64,000 bases of DNA. Origin: Antedon mediterranea (Eukaryota; Animalia; Echinodermata). This document shows positions 49,201 to 62,986 of this stretch, piece by piece. How positions within the stretch are numbered: the stretch's first letter is position 1; every line of letters begins with the position of its first letter. The notes under the pieces were generated by a model. The model searched no databases and was not told the DNA's origin. It saw only the letters and a program-made list of their open reading frames with translations. The DNA lies in NCBI RefSeq assembly GCF_964355755.1, contig NC_092673.1, forward strand, positions 7,006,001-7,070,000, read 5' to 3'. A program made the translations under genes and the position numbers.

Positions 49201-52200
49201 CAACAACATATTAACGTGTTAAAGGAATTTGGATACGTATAATATGGATGCATGAACTATGACGCAAAATATGAAAATACGACTTTTAGTTTTATAATTT
49301 AACAGGCCATATGACGACGTCACAACATCCAAGTGTTTCACGCTTTTGATTATGATGACGTTATTAAAAATGTTAAAAATGGTAAATCATGCGAAAGATA
49401 ATTGATTGACCTAGAAAATATCAAAATATGGGAGGAAAATGGAATACGGATAAGTGGAGATGCGCTCTATTAAATGTGATGAGCTATGACGAAAGAGACA
49501 AAAGTCCTATATTTTATATTCGAGTGGCCATACGATGATGTCACAATGTCCGGTTAGCCATATTGATGCATGATCCAATATCTACAACTCATTTACTTCC
49601 AGAATATGTAATAAAAATAATCTTCACCATGTGGTTTAGAAACATGACTGTTAAAATAAATGCATACTTTTGACGAATTTTTGAACTTTTTCATCAAAAA
49701 CGTGCGCGAATTGTCCAATTCGAAGTGCTCGAATGACGTGATTCGAAATCGAAATTGTTTACAAGTTGGTATAATTACTATAAAAGACATAATTCACGCG
49801 GAAAAACATGTTTTTACCGCTAATTTGCGCTCGCGTTGAAATTCTTACATGCTAAAAATGACATGAAACGCATAGAAATTGATTCTCATTTTAAATTTGT
49901 AAACGCGCGTGCGGGCGTAACTTTTTGTGAAACATGGTATTCTTTTTCCACAAAAAGTTATCGCATGTTTTAAATTACACTTTGTTTCAATTAAAATTGT
50001 TATATGGTTGTCGATCTATGTTAAATACGCAAGATTCATAAAATCGCGCGTAACTAACGCTGCGCGACTTTAAAGTCATATAACGAAGTTTCTTGCACAG
50101 GTCAATCTTATGACAAAGTTATACAATCTTATTAGAGAGAGGGAAAAAAGAAGAATATAGAAAAAAAAGACGGGCATCATCTTATATTGATTGTAAGGTT
50201 CGGAAACAAAAAGATAGTACATTGTTCACTGTTTCCTGGTAGAATGCAGAATACACAAATCAGTAAACAGGTGTATAGTGTGCAGAGGTACATTATAGGC
50301 CTACAGTATTTAGAAAGATAAAGTTAATAAATAGACATACTGTGTTCTTCTTTATATTTCAGGGTCTCTGTTTTTAAATTTAAAACAAGACATTTTAAAA
50401 AGAAATTTGCAAAGTCATCACAAATAATATTAGTGTTCACTGAAAATGAATGTTTGAAAAACATGCAGTCACAGAAAAGAAACATATTTATTAATTGTTA
50501 ATATACATCTGTATGCTTGTCCTTGTTTTTTTTTCTGTAAATATATTGAAGTAATAGACTTTTATTATTTTATTTATGAACATTATTATGTCAGTTATTT
50601 TCCGTCTGGTATAGGACATAATACTGCATTTCATAATCGTAGATAGTCATGTCTTGTCTTATTTTAATGTTATCCGACTGAAGCTTACTAATAATATGAT
50701 AGTGTTCATTTGATATTCTTATGCATCTTTTTCTTATGGTTTTGTTTTTCTAATCAATTGCACAGAGGACTTTGTCCTAATAACTGATAAGGATGAAGAT
50801 GTCATTTTCAAATCGACTATACCAGAAGGGATTTGTCAGCAAAATCTTGAATTTTCTCCCATCCGTAATATAAACACAGCGTGGGGTGTATCTGTAGCGT
50901 ATGACCCCATAGACGACCGTGTGTATTGGACGGATATATCGGGTGATGAAGGCATATATCGATCATATCTGGACGGAACAAATATAGAAAGAATTGTCAC
51001 TGCTGACGGTGAGAATAGAAGTATAAATATTAATATACTGGTATCCCTCCAAATAAAGACCACTTTTATGACCAGCGTTTCAATGGTCCAATTAGTGTAT
51101 CTGGTCTTTAATTAGAATCAATCCTATCAAAGTTCGGAACAGAGGTGATCCTTAAAATACTTTATTCGTCAGAATGTTTATCTTGTTCCACGAACTATGA
51201 TGGTAAATGTATTCAGGTTGTGCGTGTATGTAAGTTGTAATCATGTTTGTGTGAAGTATTTGTCTGGTTTTCAATGACTGTTCTACCTACACATGCATTG
51301 ATTATAAAAGTTTATTGGTCTTTAATTGGAGGGAAAATTTGAAGAGAAATGGTCAATTGGTTCCACTCAAACCGTGGTCTTATGTTCAAATTAATGGGAA
51401 TTTTTAACTGGAGATAGCAGCTAATGGTAAAAGATAGATCGTTCGGAACCGCAGTGCAACGGTCTTTAAGTGGAGAGAGTCTTTAATTGGAGGGAGACCT
51501 GTATTACTTGTTCTCTCGTCTACCTTATGTTCATTTTTGTTGTATATGTCTAAGAATATTTCTTCTTAGGCCTAATTCGTGGCAGTTTAAAAACCTCCGC
51601 AGAGTGTTGACAAAGTGCGAGGCAGCAAGGCACGCGAGGCCCGCGAGGCACGCCAAATATTTGTGCGAGGCACCACTTTAACATTTCCAAAAGTGCGAGG
51701 CATGCGGGGCATATAGTTTACAATTTCAAAAAGGTGCGAGGCATATCTTAACGTGCTATTATGCTATATTATAGGCCTAATAATCAATCGATACAAGCGT
51801 ATCTAAATAGATTCGTGTATACACTCATCATGTTGTTTATTTTTATGTAACGATTGTTTTTTCATTCAAGTCATATCGTGTCAAATTTTACTATTACAAA
51901 AGTGCCCAAACTACGGTTCAAAAATCTGAACGACAGTCTTCAACTTTCGATAAACAATAATTGTTATAGCGACACACTCATCAAATGACTGCCATGTTTG
52001 TTGGCATTTCGAGCGTGTTCACTTTACAATTAATTTAACATGTCTCTCGAACATAGCAGAGTGAAAATAATATTTTGTCACACCCCTGCGCCTCGATCCG
52101 GTAGACCCGAGATTCTGCCCTTAGCTCAGAGGATTCGGCCTTGTGGCGCATTCCCCTCCTATAGCACGTGGTTTCAGGAGCAACGCACAGACTTCTCTCT

Positions 52201-55200
52201 GAGCGGCGTACCAAAGACATTTTTTACATTCCATTCTCTAGGAAATCAACACGTGTACCTCTCTCGCAAATAAGGTGAACAGCGATTGCCAGGACAAGTT
52301 CAATAACTGGCGGTGAATAAAAGGTAACTGATATGCCGATCAAATAACATGCCGCAAAGAAAAAAATTGCGAGAGAATTCTGGAGCGCGTGTGAAAAAAG
52401 ACTTACGTCCGACAATTGTAATACTAGGCCTAAAATTAAACTTTAGCTAATATGCTTAGCCCTAACCTAGATAAGAGGCCTATGTAGAAAATAATTTAAT
52501 CAATTTTGATTTAATAATATTTGGTGTAATATTTAATAATGATACACTATTCCTGTTTCAGTAAGCTAGGTATATTACGAACGATTTTTATTTATTGTTG
52601 TCCATGTACGTACTAATAAACCTGGCACTAGTTTCCTTCGCTTGTATTTTTACTCCAAATTTGATAACTAACTTTATCGTGTGAATACCACACCTTAGAA
52701 GTATACCTCATGAGTATTTTAATGAAAGAATCACATAAAAAGTAACAAATAAATCCTTAAATTAATGATTTTACAGGCGTGTTTCTCGCACACTGTTCGC
52801 GAATTTCACTTATTCAATGTTCAATATTTTTGTTTCTATGGAGCGCCAAAAGAGCAACGATAATAGAGGACTAAAACTCAGTGGAATGCGTCAATTTCTC
52901 ATGCATTTATTGGTGAAAAACACGTTTCATTTCAATATATTTGTTAATTTGTCAATAAAAATGTTGTAATATGTTACTGCTGATACTGTTTTGTTTTCAA
53001 AGAATAATAATCGATCCTAAATCAACATCACTACCTAGTCTAGACCTAGGACATCCTACTAAGGATATTCTGATGAATTTTTCTATGTTATTCTTTAAAA
53101 GGTTAACGAAACCGTGTACATTATCAACAGTAACATTTTTCCTTACTGACAGTGACAAAATCTATTGAAATTGTACTTGATTTTCACCAAATAATGCGTT
53201 AAATATAAATGGATTCCACAGAGTTTTTAGCCCTCTAATTAATTTTGCTCTTTTGGCGTTCCATAGAAACCAAAATATTGAACATTGAGTGTGCGAAATG
53301 CGAGAAAAACAACGTCTGTAAAATCACCAATTTAATGGATTTATTGTTACTTTTATGTGATTTTTTTCTTCATTAAAGTAGGCCTACTAATTTTAAGCTG
53401 TGGTATTCAGGATAAAGTTGGTTAAAATACAAGGCAGATGCAAAAGGAAACTAGCCTAGCGGGCCTCGGCCTAGGCTACTTCAATTTCGGTGATTTCCTG
53501 CCTTGCAATTTTGAGAAATGATAAAATGATGCCTCGCATTTTTTGATGATGGTAAAACGATGCCTCGCATAAATTTCTGACTTGCCTCGCATGCCTTCCC
53601 TACCTCGCGTGCCTCGCTGCCTCGCACTTTGTTACTACCCCACACAATGTCTTGTTCGGCCTCGTATAATCCGTAATATAAGGCCAAAAAAAAAAAATTG
53701 TGTTGGCCACGTTTTTGGTAAATCCCAAAAATGAGTAGGTCGGTAGGAAAAGTTTTTTTTTTTTTTTTTTTTTTTTTCCAGACCAAAAATATGTTGCCGC
53801 CAAAATAATAAATAATTTACACAAATGATACAAAAAGACTTTTTAAACACTTTTCATAGCACCATATGCTCATGCTAGCTATAATAGACACGTTTCGCGC
53901 TCGCGAGGTCACCGTCAGTTTGACCTTTTAGTGGGTATACAATGGTAAACAAACACAGCGAGAGGTATGTTAAAGCATGGGAGAACTCAGACTGAGAGAT
54001 GATCATCTTAAAAAGCAATCGTCAAAACTAGCCTTTGATGGAATGGCATGGTAAGGATGTTATTTATTTTCTAAACTTATGTTTTATATTCACTGTAGAA
54101 TTATTTGGGCATTTGGTTCGGAATCATCGACTTTATTTATGTATTGTCATTTTTGGTTTGACACATCATATAATATATTACGGTGCATTTAATACATGTT
54201 AACTGTTGATTTTATTTACAAATGTTTCGTAAATATATTAATTATTATCTTTCATTCTTCTTCATGCTCCTATTGCATCTTCCATGTATTATGTGATGTT
54301 CTTCGGCGCTTAAACAGACACCCAAGCCTCCTAGGCCTAGTAGACGAAGTACCGCATCAGGCAACGCCACCGGGCGGGCGGAGAGACACGAGCACATCGT
54401 GGACGTACCTTTCCTTGAAAAATTTCCAAGATTTTGCGCCACTATCCTTCGGAGCCGACGCAAACCACTCAGCAAGTGTTTGAAAATTAAAAACAGGAAT
54501 ATTATTCAGTGATTTTGTGTAGTTAAATTCACGATTTATCCAACATATACAACATTTATGACGCACCTTGCAACAAAAGCACTCGGCAGTTGCCATTTCG
54601 CTATGCTTCAACACGCACTAGGCGAGAGGTGTTCGGTTTGTTTACAAATCTATACCCACTATTTCTGATTGGTCGCGAGCGCGAAACGTGTCTATTGTTT
54701 CAACAAAAGTTTAAAAAAGGTTTATCAAATAAACGTAGGCATATTTTAGATGAAAAATATTGAGTTTTATATTGTTTTATCCATACGTAATTACACTGGC
54801 ATTAAAGATATAACATTAAAATGTAGGCCGTTATGAGCCATATATTTCGGCGATTTCTTATCGCGGGGAAATTCCCCCAACAAGAAACATCGATCGATCA
54901 AGAGGTCCGCCGGCTAGTACATGCCGGAACAGATGGATTATCGCTATATAAATAACAAGCTTGAACAAAAGAGCTTACGGCAATCTTAGGTAATTTTTTA
55001 TTAAACGTATATAGGCCTACTTGCTTGGCGAATCCCTGACTTTTACATCATTTAACAAGTTTGTAATCGGATCGTAGTACTGTACAGTAAAACCAAAAAT
55101 CACCGCATCAACAACCTCGTGCGCGATGTGTACGATCTGTTGTTCAATTCTTTGCATGCTGCAGATCAACATTGGTAGAGTCCATTAATTAAGAGGGTGT

Positions 55201-58200
55201 TTAAAAATGTGATAACTATTAAAAACCTGTCTCAACCACTGTGTAATTCAAGGCGTTTATTGAAGTAAAACTTAGATACCCACAAAATTGATAATCGCGT
55301 ATTCTGGTTATCACGTGATTGGTTCACGGTTGGTTGCACGCTTCTTTTTCACTCGTTCGGCGGAGGTGAAATATGTTCGCCAATTTGGCAAATAAGACAA
55401 TATTTTTCACCATTTCGTTTCACAATTGCCGTTTAACTCCCAAAAAAAAAAAAAAAAAAAAAAAGCCGACCTTCATTTTCGTCAGTTTAGGGTCGGTTGG
55501 GCGTGGCCAACACAATAAAAAATTAGTTTGGCCTAATAGCCATGTCGAACAGATATTAGGATCGAGATTGACGCTAACCAGTCGGGCAGCAAAGTGGTTG
55601 ACCTCACGAATTATTACCAAATCAAAATTTGAATTGCCGCCATCTTGGAATCGCGATAAAGCAAGTAGTGCGGAATTACAAAATGCAGCAAAAAAATGTT
55701 CAATAACATTTAAATAGCATATTCATACAATTAAATTTATATTAATAAAATTCAACTAAGGAGTTTACGAAAGATAGGCTACTTAAGAAATACTGCCGAG
55801 ATCGGTTCCCTCACACGGCGTAGGGTACCGCAGTGCTAAGGGGCCTAGGTAGGAAAAAATCTGATTTTACCCGTTAAACATGCTTGAACCAAGGCCATTT
55901 TAATATATATTATCCAGATTATATATCAAAACAAACTGATAAAAGGATTTGTTGATTTGCTTCTGATGAGAAAAGTGCCGGATTCATTTCGCTGACGGCG
56001 AATGAATACACGAATTTTCGCCATTTTCTAGCACTAGCCTTGGGTACCCAGACAGCTGATAACGATTATATTCGATTGTCCAGACGTCTCTGCTACTGGT
56101 GCTCAATACTACAGTATGTATTACCATGGACCTATAGGTCCATGGTATTACTGTACATATAGTACTGTATGTTTAGTTTTTGCTTTCTTTATGGCAAAAT
56201 AAATATTTAATTTTTATTATTGCTTATTTTCCTTTAACTTTATCCAAGAAGTACATATTATTATAAATATGCATATTACAGTCAAGTTGCAACTGGTACG
56301 AATCCACTCCACTTTGGTTACTAACTAAATAATTAATACAGTAGTATAACCTCATATAACTAACAAACAAATTAACAAGTTAATAAATTAACCACCATTA
56401 AATAATTTTATTTACATGTAATATCTTGTTTACATCGAAGTAAAATATGCCTATCAAACTATCTTGCTCAGGCTAAAATATCAAGTTATATATGTCAATA
56501 TTTGAGTTAAATCATCGCGATAATAAACATTTTTATTTATTTTTTTATTTTTAAAGACATCTGTTACGTACATCAATTTACAAATATCAAAATAGGATAG
56601 CCACAACATATTTTCTTTTCTTTGGCAAAGAATTTCCCGTAATATAGTCCTAAATTAATTAAATAAATTAAAAGGTCTAGGCCTAGGACTTTCTTTAAAT
56701 ATCCGACGATATATATCCATAATTCAGTGGATATAGATTCAACATTTTAAACATAATATGGCTTTCATTGATTATAATAAGTCGGCGATATGCCACTAAA
56801 AACTAGCCTGCGGCCCTCTCTATCCCTCTACAAATAGCACTGGGTTTCCGTCAAATGGGCTAGCCTAGGCCTAGATAATACAAGTTGGGTACATTTTTTT
56901 ACAACCAAATAATCTACAATTATATTGCAATATTTACCAAACTAGCACCAAATCCAAAATAATAAAGCTACTAATAACATATTTTGGTATATTAACTGGT
57001 TTAAAAACGGATTGCACATAGTGATTTTGAAGGATTGAAATTACTCAACCACACGGCCTGTACTAAACATACGAATCCAAGATGGAGTCTGCTTAGAATA
57101 TATCCCCAGCTTTGAACGGATATTGAATCCGTCCCACAAGCTGAACCAAGCTTAAACTTTCAGAAAAGATAGATTAATAACCTAATAACCAACCACTAAG
57201 TTTTTATAAAGGTTCCGTGCTGATGAGAAAAGTGCCGGATTCCCTACGAAACCAAACAAATAAATCATGTAGCCTACCTCAACGAACACCTCCATCTGCA
57301 CTTTTTTCTTCAATAAGCTCTGTCGTCATTTCCTGGGCTATTTATACCAAAATTTTGTGGCGGGAATAATCTTCCATATTAGGAGTAACAATTTCCAAAT
57401 ATAGAAAGATATAATTTAACCCGGATGGTGGAAATTGCAGCAGATTTGTAAGGGTATTCCCATGCAAAATGCTTGCCGCGAAGTGAAAAGCGAACCGGAA
57501 GTCACTATAACTTGGCGATGCTCAGTGACCTGCGCAGTTAAAAAACAGCGTTGTAACGACCTCTGGTCGCGGAGTTAGATTCAGGTAGACAACAACAAGA
57601 CTACACACAATATACTGCTTATTCCTTATTTTTATTTCCTCCTTTAAGCTGTCAAATCTATGATGCATGTAGCTTGTGGCGTTTCTAATAGGAAACAGAC
57701 AAATATAAATGCCTATGTTAACATACAGCAGTACCATGTTATAACGAATCATGCAAATAACAACAATTTAAAGACGATCCCTGTCGTCTTAGTAACGTCA
57801 AAACTCTCAATGTACAGCCCTCTATCGGCTTACACAGAACAACGTATATGTGTAATAAATCACAATACTGTATATATAAACACTTAAATAATTCTCTGTA
57901 AATTACACTTGAGATGCTGATTACATAATATAAATGCCTTCCTTACTATACAGGACTATACAGATATGGCCTACAATTGCTATATCAACATTAACACATT
58001 GAAATTAATGAACGTCTTGACCAGCCTCGTGGCAACAATGATGTAGGCTATCTGGCCTAACCTAGCCGTTCATATTATCATAGATAGGCAACGAGTAGGA
58101 GAAGGCTTAGGGCCTTTCCAACTACTATAAATCAAACAATAACTCAATAATATCAATCTAAAGTTAATAATAAACCGGATGCTCACCAAAACCTATGGTC

Positions 58201-61200
58201 TTTCTCCGCGTAACAAATTTATAATAGTATATTATCAGACGCCTATGACAGATGGTCTCATCCTTGCGACCATTTTATGTCTCCTCCTACAACAACCTTA
58301 GGCGCGCACATGTCTTATTCCCAAAAACAGGGATCATCTAAAAAACTTGCACATGAACGAAAAACAATGTTGAAATGAAATGCGCCCTCTATATAAATAT
58401 ACATATAGGACCTTACAAGCGTTTTAACGGTTAAATGAGCACTTTGCTGCTCGACTGTAACGTGGAGGATTGTTTTTAATTGTATTTAAACGTTATTAAA
58501 GTATTATAACATCCCTCTTTAAATTAGAAATTCGCTCAATGACACTGGACACGGTTAATCGAAAGATTTACTATGTCAATATTGTGGCAGGATCACTTCT
58601 GAAAGCAAACTTAGACGGCTCCGGAGGTGAAACAATTAAAGGGTATATTGCAGCATCATCGTCCCAGACCAGAGGTTTAGTGGTCAGTGTGGAACATGAG
58701 TAAGTATATACTAAATTATTTTATCTTATCCAATAAATATAGGCAACATCGCCTGACAGCCGCTGTAACCGTAAGGTGATACAGACGCCACATATGATAC
58801 ATACTGTACTACTATTTGCCTATTATACTAAACATACATTTAAAGAGAATATGGGATCGTCTTCCGGTTTGTTGATCTAGATAGGCGCTACACTGCCGAC
58901 TTCCATGGGGCCGCGCACGGAGGGTTATGGTCCTATCATTAATTAAGTTCAGGCAAAAGAATGATATATTTACCGCGTTTGTCTTAATATGTTTCTACTT
59001 TTTTCCAGCCTGTGCTTTTATGGAAAAAGACTTAAAGTAATCCGTTTTCAGTTGTCTTCACCGGTAAATGAATTACAGTACACCACAACAGACTGGGTTA
59101 CTGCTGTCGCTGTCGATTTTACAGGTTTCAGTTGTTTTTTTTTTTGTTAATAGAAGGGAAAAGATAACTGATATCAGCTTAATTTGAACACGAAACTATT
59201 ATGAATGTTTGACATTAAAGCTTGGTTCCCACTAGCACGCAACGCAAAGACGAAAGCTGCAACGCAAGCAAATTAAACAATAACAAGCGATGGATTATTC
59301 GAACTGTCGCTTGTGATTTGTCAATTCACTAGGGTTATGCTTACGTCCTTGCGTTGCATCCTAGTGGGAATGGTGAATTATCGTACTAACACACAGTGGT
59401 CAGTATATCCTCTAAATCGATAGTTGTTTTCATACAGCCGGTTCTTCGTCAGAATTCGTCAAAAATTCGACAAATTAGAAAAATAAACAAAGATACAGCT
59501 TGTTAAGATCCTTTGGTTAATTCGGTTATTAATAGTTAGATGTGTTTTTTATTAGGATTATTTCCCAAGAAAGTTCGAAAATAATGGACTATATTCTTTA
59601 GTTAATTTCAAATTCTCGTCGTTGGTATTGCCAGATGGGCCTTTATATTAGTCCCCTTCTTTGGAACACCCCTATTCATGGGACACCTCTATTAATGAAA
59701 CACTTTCCCACGAAACGATAGGTAATATAGTTTTAGGACTACGGTGTCCCTCATGGAACGCCCCAATTAAGGGACAGGGAGTGTGTGTTGATCCCACCCC
59801 ATATCAACAACAAAACACGAAAGAATTATTTTCATTTATATCGTTATTATTACAAAAATGGATATCATACATAATTATTATAATGATACTTATGTTGGGT
59901 CCCAAAAGGTGTCCTCTCATTAGAGGTCCACAATACTTCCGTTCCGTCGTTACAACAGTAAAAGAAACTGAATTCAATCCTGCTTTTCCTTTTTTTTAGC
60001 TGAAAGGGTTTATTGGAGCGACAAAGGTGAAAGTCATATAATGATAGCGGCTCTGAATTTTACAAATGTTCAGCAACTTGTAAATTTCCCACCATGCGGA
60101 GTAGCTCGAGATATAACTCTTTATGCAAATAGTGTCTATTGGATATGCTCTAATGACGGTCTTTATCGAGCCGATAAAGAAACGGGGAACAATATCGAGA
60201 CACTCAGTGATACATTCGTTAATCCATTTGGAATGTTCATATATGACGGTAAGCCATTATATTATTTTACGTAAAGAAATGTGGTCAGTCAGGATAGTCG
60301 CGTACGATGGATGAGGTCACTTTTGGGAAGTAGTCGCTTACAAGGTGGCCGCTTTTAGGAAGGAGGTCGCTTACGAGATGTGCATAGACTGTCCGATATT
60401 GCACCTAAATTTGTTAGGTGCAATATCGTTCATCACACATGTCCAGAAGAAGGCCGAATTAACCACCGACTCGTGTTGCATAAAAATATGTATTTCGAGT
60501 TTATTACATTTCCATTGCATATGATTAACATGGTAAAAAAATCTATTTTTTATTCCAACAGATCCATCGTGGGATACAATCGAGCTTATGTGTACAACAA
60601 TTGCAGGTTAGAAATCCATTTTGAGCTTTTGTTTATGAACATTATATGATAATCATAAACTGTGTACATACAACAGTAATGCTAAAGAATATGCCTAATT
60701 AAACCAACCAACTGATTGTTTAGACATCATTCTACTAACGAACTTCACAATTTCTTTTTACTGTAGTAAGAAGAGATGTAACCACTAACATAACAACAGA
60801 TGCAACAACGGACACAACAACTGATGCAACAACAGAAAAAATAACAGATGCAACAACGGACACAACAACAGATGCAACAACGGACACAACAACAGATGCA
60901 ACAACGGACACAACAACCGATGCAACAACGGACATAACAACAGATGCAACAACGGACACAACAACAGATGCAACAACGGACACAACAACCGATGCAACAA
61001 CAGATGGAACAACAGATGCAACAACGGACATGACAACAGATGCAACAACAGATGCAACAACGGACATAACAACAGATGAAACAACGGACATAACAACAGA
61101 TGCAACAACGGACACAACAACGGACATAACAACAGATGCAACAACGGACACAACAACAGATGCAACAACGGACATAACAACAGATGCAACAACAGATGGA

Positions 61201-62986
61201 ACAACAGATGCAACAACGGACATAACAACAGATGAAACAACGGACACAACAACGGACATAACAACAGAGGCAACAACGGACACAACAGCAGATGCAACAA
61301 CGGACACAACAACAGATGCAACAACGGACATAACAACAGATGCAACAACAGATGGAACAACAGATGCAACAACGGACATAACAACAGATGCAACAACGGA
61401 CATAACAACAGATGCAACAACAGATGGAACAACAGATGCATCAACGGACATAACAACAGATGCAACAACGGACAAAACAACGGACATAACAACGGACATA
61501 ACAACGGACATAACAACGGACATAACAACAGATGCAACAACGGACAAAACAACGGACATAACAACGGACATAACAACGGACATAACAACAGATGCAACAA
61601 CGGACACAACAACAGATGCAAAAACAGAAAAAATAACAGATGCAACAACGGACACAACAACAGATGCAACAACGGACACAACAACAGATGCAACAACGGA
61701 CACAACAACCGATGCAACAACAGATGGAACAACAGATGCAACAACGGACATGAAAACAGATGCAACAACAGATAGAACAACAGATGCAACAACGGACATA
61801 ACAACAGATGAAACAACGGACATAACAACAGATGCAACAACGGACACAACAACGGACATAACAACAGATGCAACAACGGACACAACAACAGATGCAATCA
61901 TATATTTTATGCTATCATTCTACTAACGAACTTCACAATTTCTTTTTACTGTAGTAAGAAGAGATGTAACCACTAACATAACAACAGATGCAACAACGGA
62001 CACAACAACTGATGCAACAACAGAAAAAATAACAGATGAAACAACGGACACAACAACAGATGCAACAACGGACATAACAACAGATGCAACAACAGATGGA
62101 ACAACAGATGCAACAACGGACATAACAACAGATGCAACAACAGATGGAACAACAGATACAACAACGGACATAACAACAGATGCAACAATGGACACAACAA
62201 CGGATATAACAACAGAGGCAACAACGGACACAACTGCAGATGCAACAACGGACACAACAACAGATGCAACAACGGACATAACAACAGATGCAACAACAGA
62301 TGCAACAACGGACATAACAACAGATGAAACAACGGACATAACAACAGATGCAACAACGGACAAAACAACGGACATAACAACGGACATAACAACAGATGCA
62401 ACAACGGACACAACAAAAGATGCAGAAACGGAAACAACAACAGACACAACAACTGATGCAACAACAGATGCAACAACGGACACAACAACAGATAAAACAG
62501 CGGACACAACAACAGATGCAACGACAGACACAACAACAGATGCAACGACAGACACAACAACAGATGCAACAACGGACATAACAACAGATGCAACAACGGA
62601 CATAACAACAGATGCAACGACAGACACAACAACAGATGCAACGACAGACACAACAACAGATGCAACGACAGACACAACAACAGATGCAACAACGGATATA
62701 ACAACAGATGCAACAACGGACATAACAACAGATGCAACAACAGATGGAACAACAGATGCAACAACGGACACAACAACAGATGCAACAACGGACATAACAA
62801 CAGATACAACAACGGACACAACAACAGATGTAACAACGGACACAACAACAGATGCAACAACGCACACAACGACAGATGCAACAACGGACACAACTACAGA
62901 TGCAACGATGGAAACAACAACAGATGCAATGGCGGACACAACAACCGATTCAACAACGGACACAACAATAAACACGATCAATCAAA
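43166..62986 (+). CDS. Gene copy C (exons 1-7; the PAN exon is expected beyond the window)
   Basis: Exons 43166-43262, 50766-51008, 58528-58699, 59009-59124, 60000-60248, 60562-60606, then 60767- (no donor, stop at 61926) or 61955-62986. Exons 2-6 look identical to A. Confidence 0.85.
43477..43759 (+). repeat. Tandem duplication of about 140 bp
   Basis: CACTATGGACGAGTTAGGTTATC...GTGAACTGAAGAAAATAAAA occurs twice. Confidence 0.85.
47007..48421 (-). mobile_element. Penelope-like element (probably Neptune-type), 5'-truncated, inserted in Helitron unit 3
   Basis: ORF 47412-48350 has a GIY-YIG domain; the RT C-terminus is frameshifted. Candidate TSD ATTATTATA at 46998-47006 and 48422-48430. Confidence 0.9.
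47134..47176 (-). ncRNA. Minimal type I hammerhead ribozyme motif at the Penelope 3' end
   Basis: The reverse complement reads GCA-CUGAUGA-A-GGGC-uagugcu-GCCC-GAAA-GC-UC-UGC, with palindromic AGCU in stem III. Confidence 0.75.
60767..61926 (+). CDS. Copy C exon 7a: 5' part of the stalk exon with no donor site, reading into the stop ...DAIIYFMLSFY*
   Basis: Matches A 13554-14684, followed by 16 nt of filler and the duplicated intron end. Confidence 0.7.
61955..62986 (+). CDS. Copy C exon 7b: shortened but complete stalk exon, 344 codons
   Basis: Own TACTAAC and acceptor (61914-61954) plus the |gtaag donor; in frame. Confidence 0.82.

Noticed and set aside
61898-61913. Junction filler as a templated copy of B intron 3 (ATATATTTTATG near 29520)
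   Set aside because: A 12-nt AT-rich match is expected by chance in this composition.
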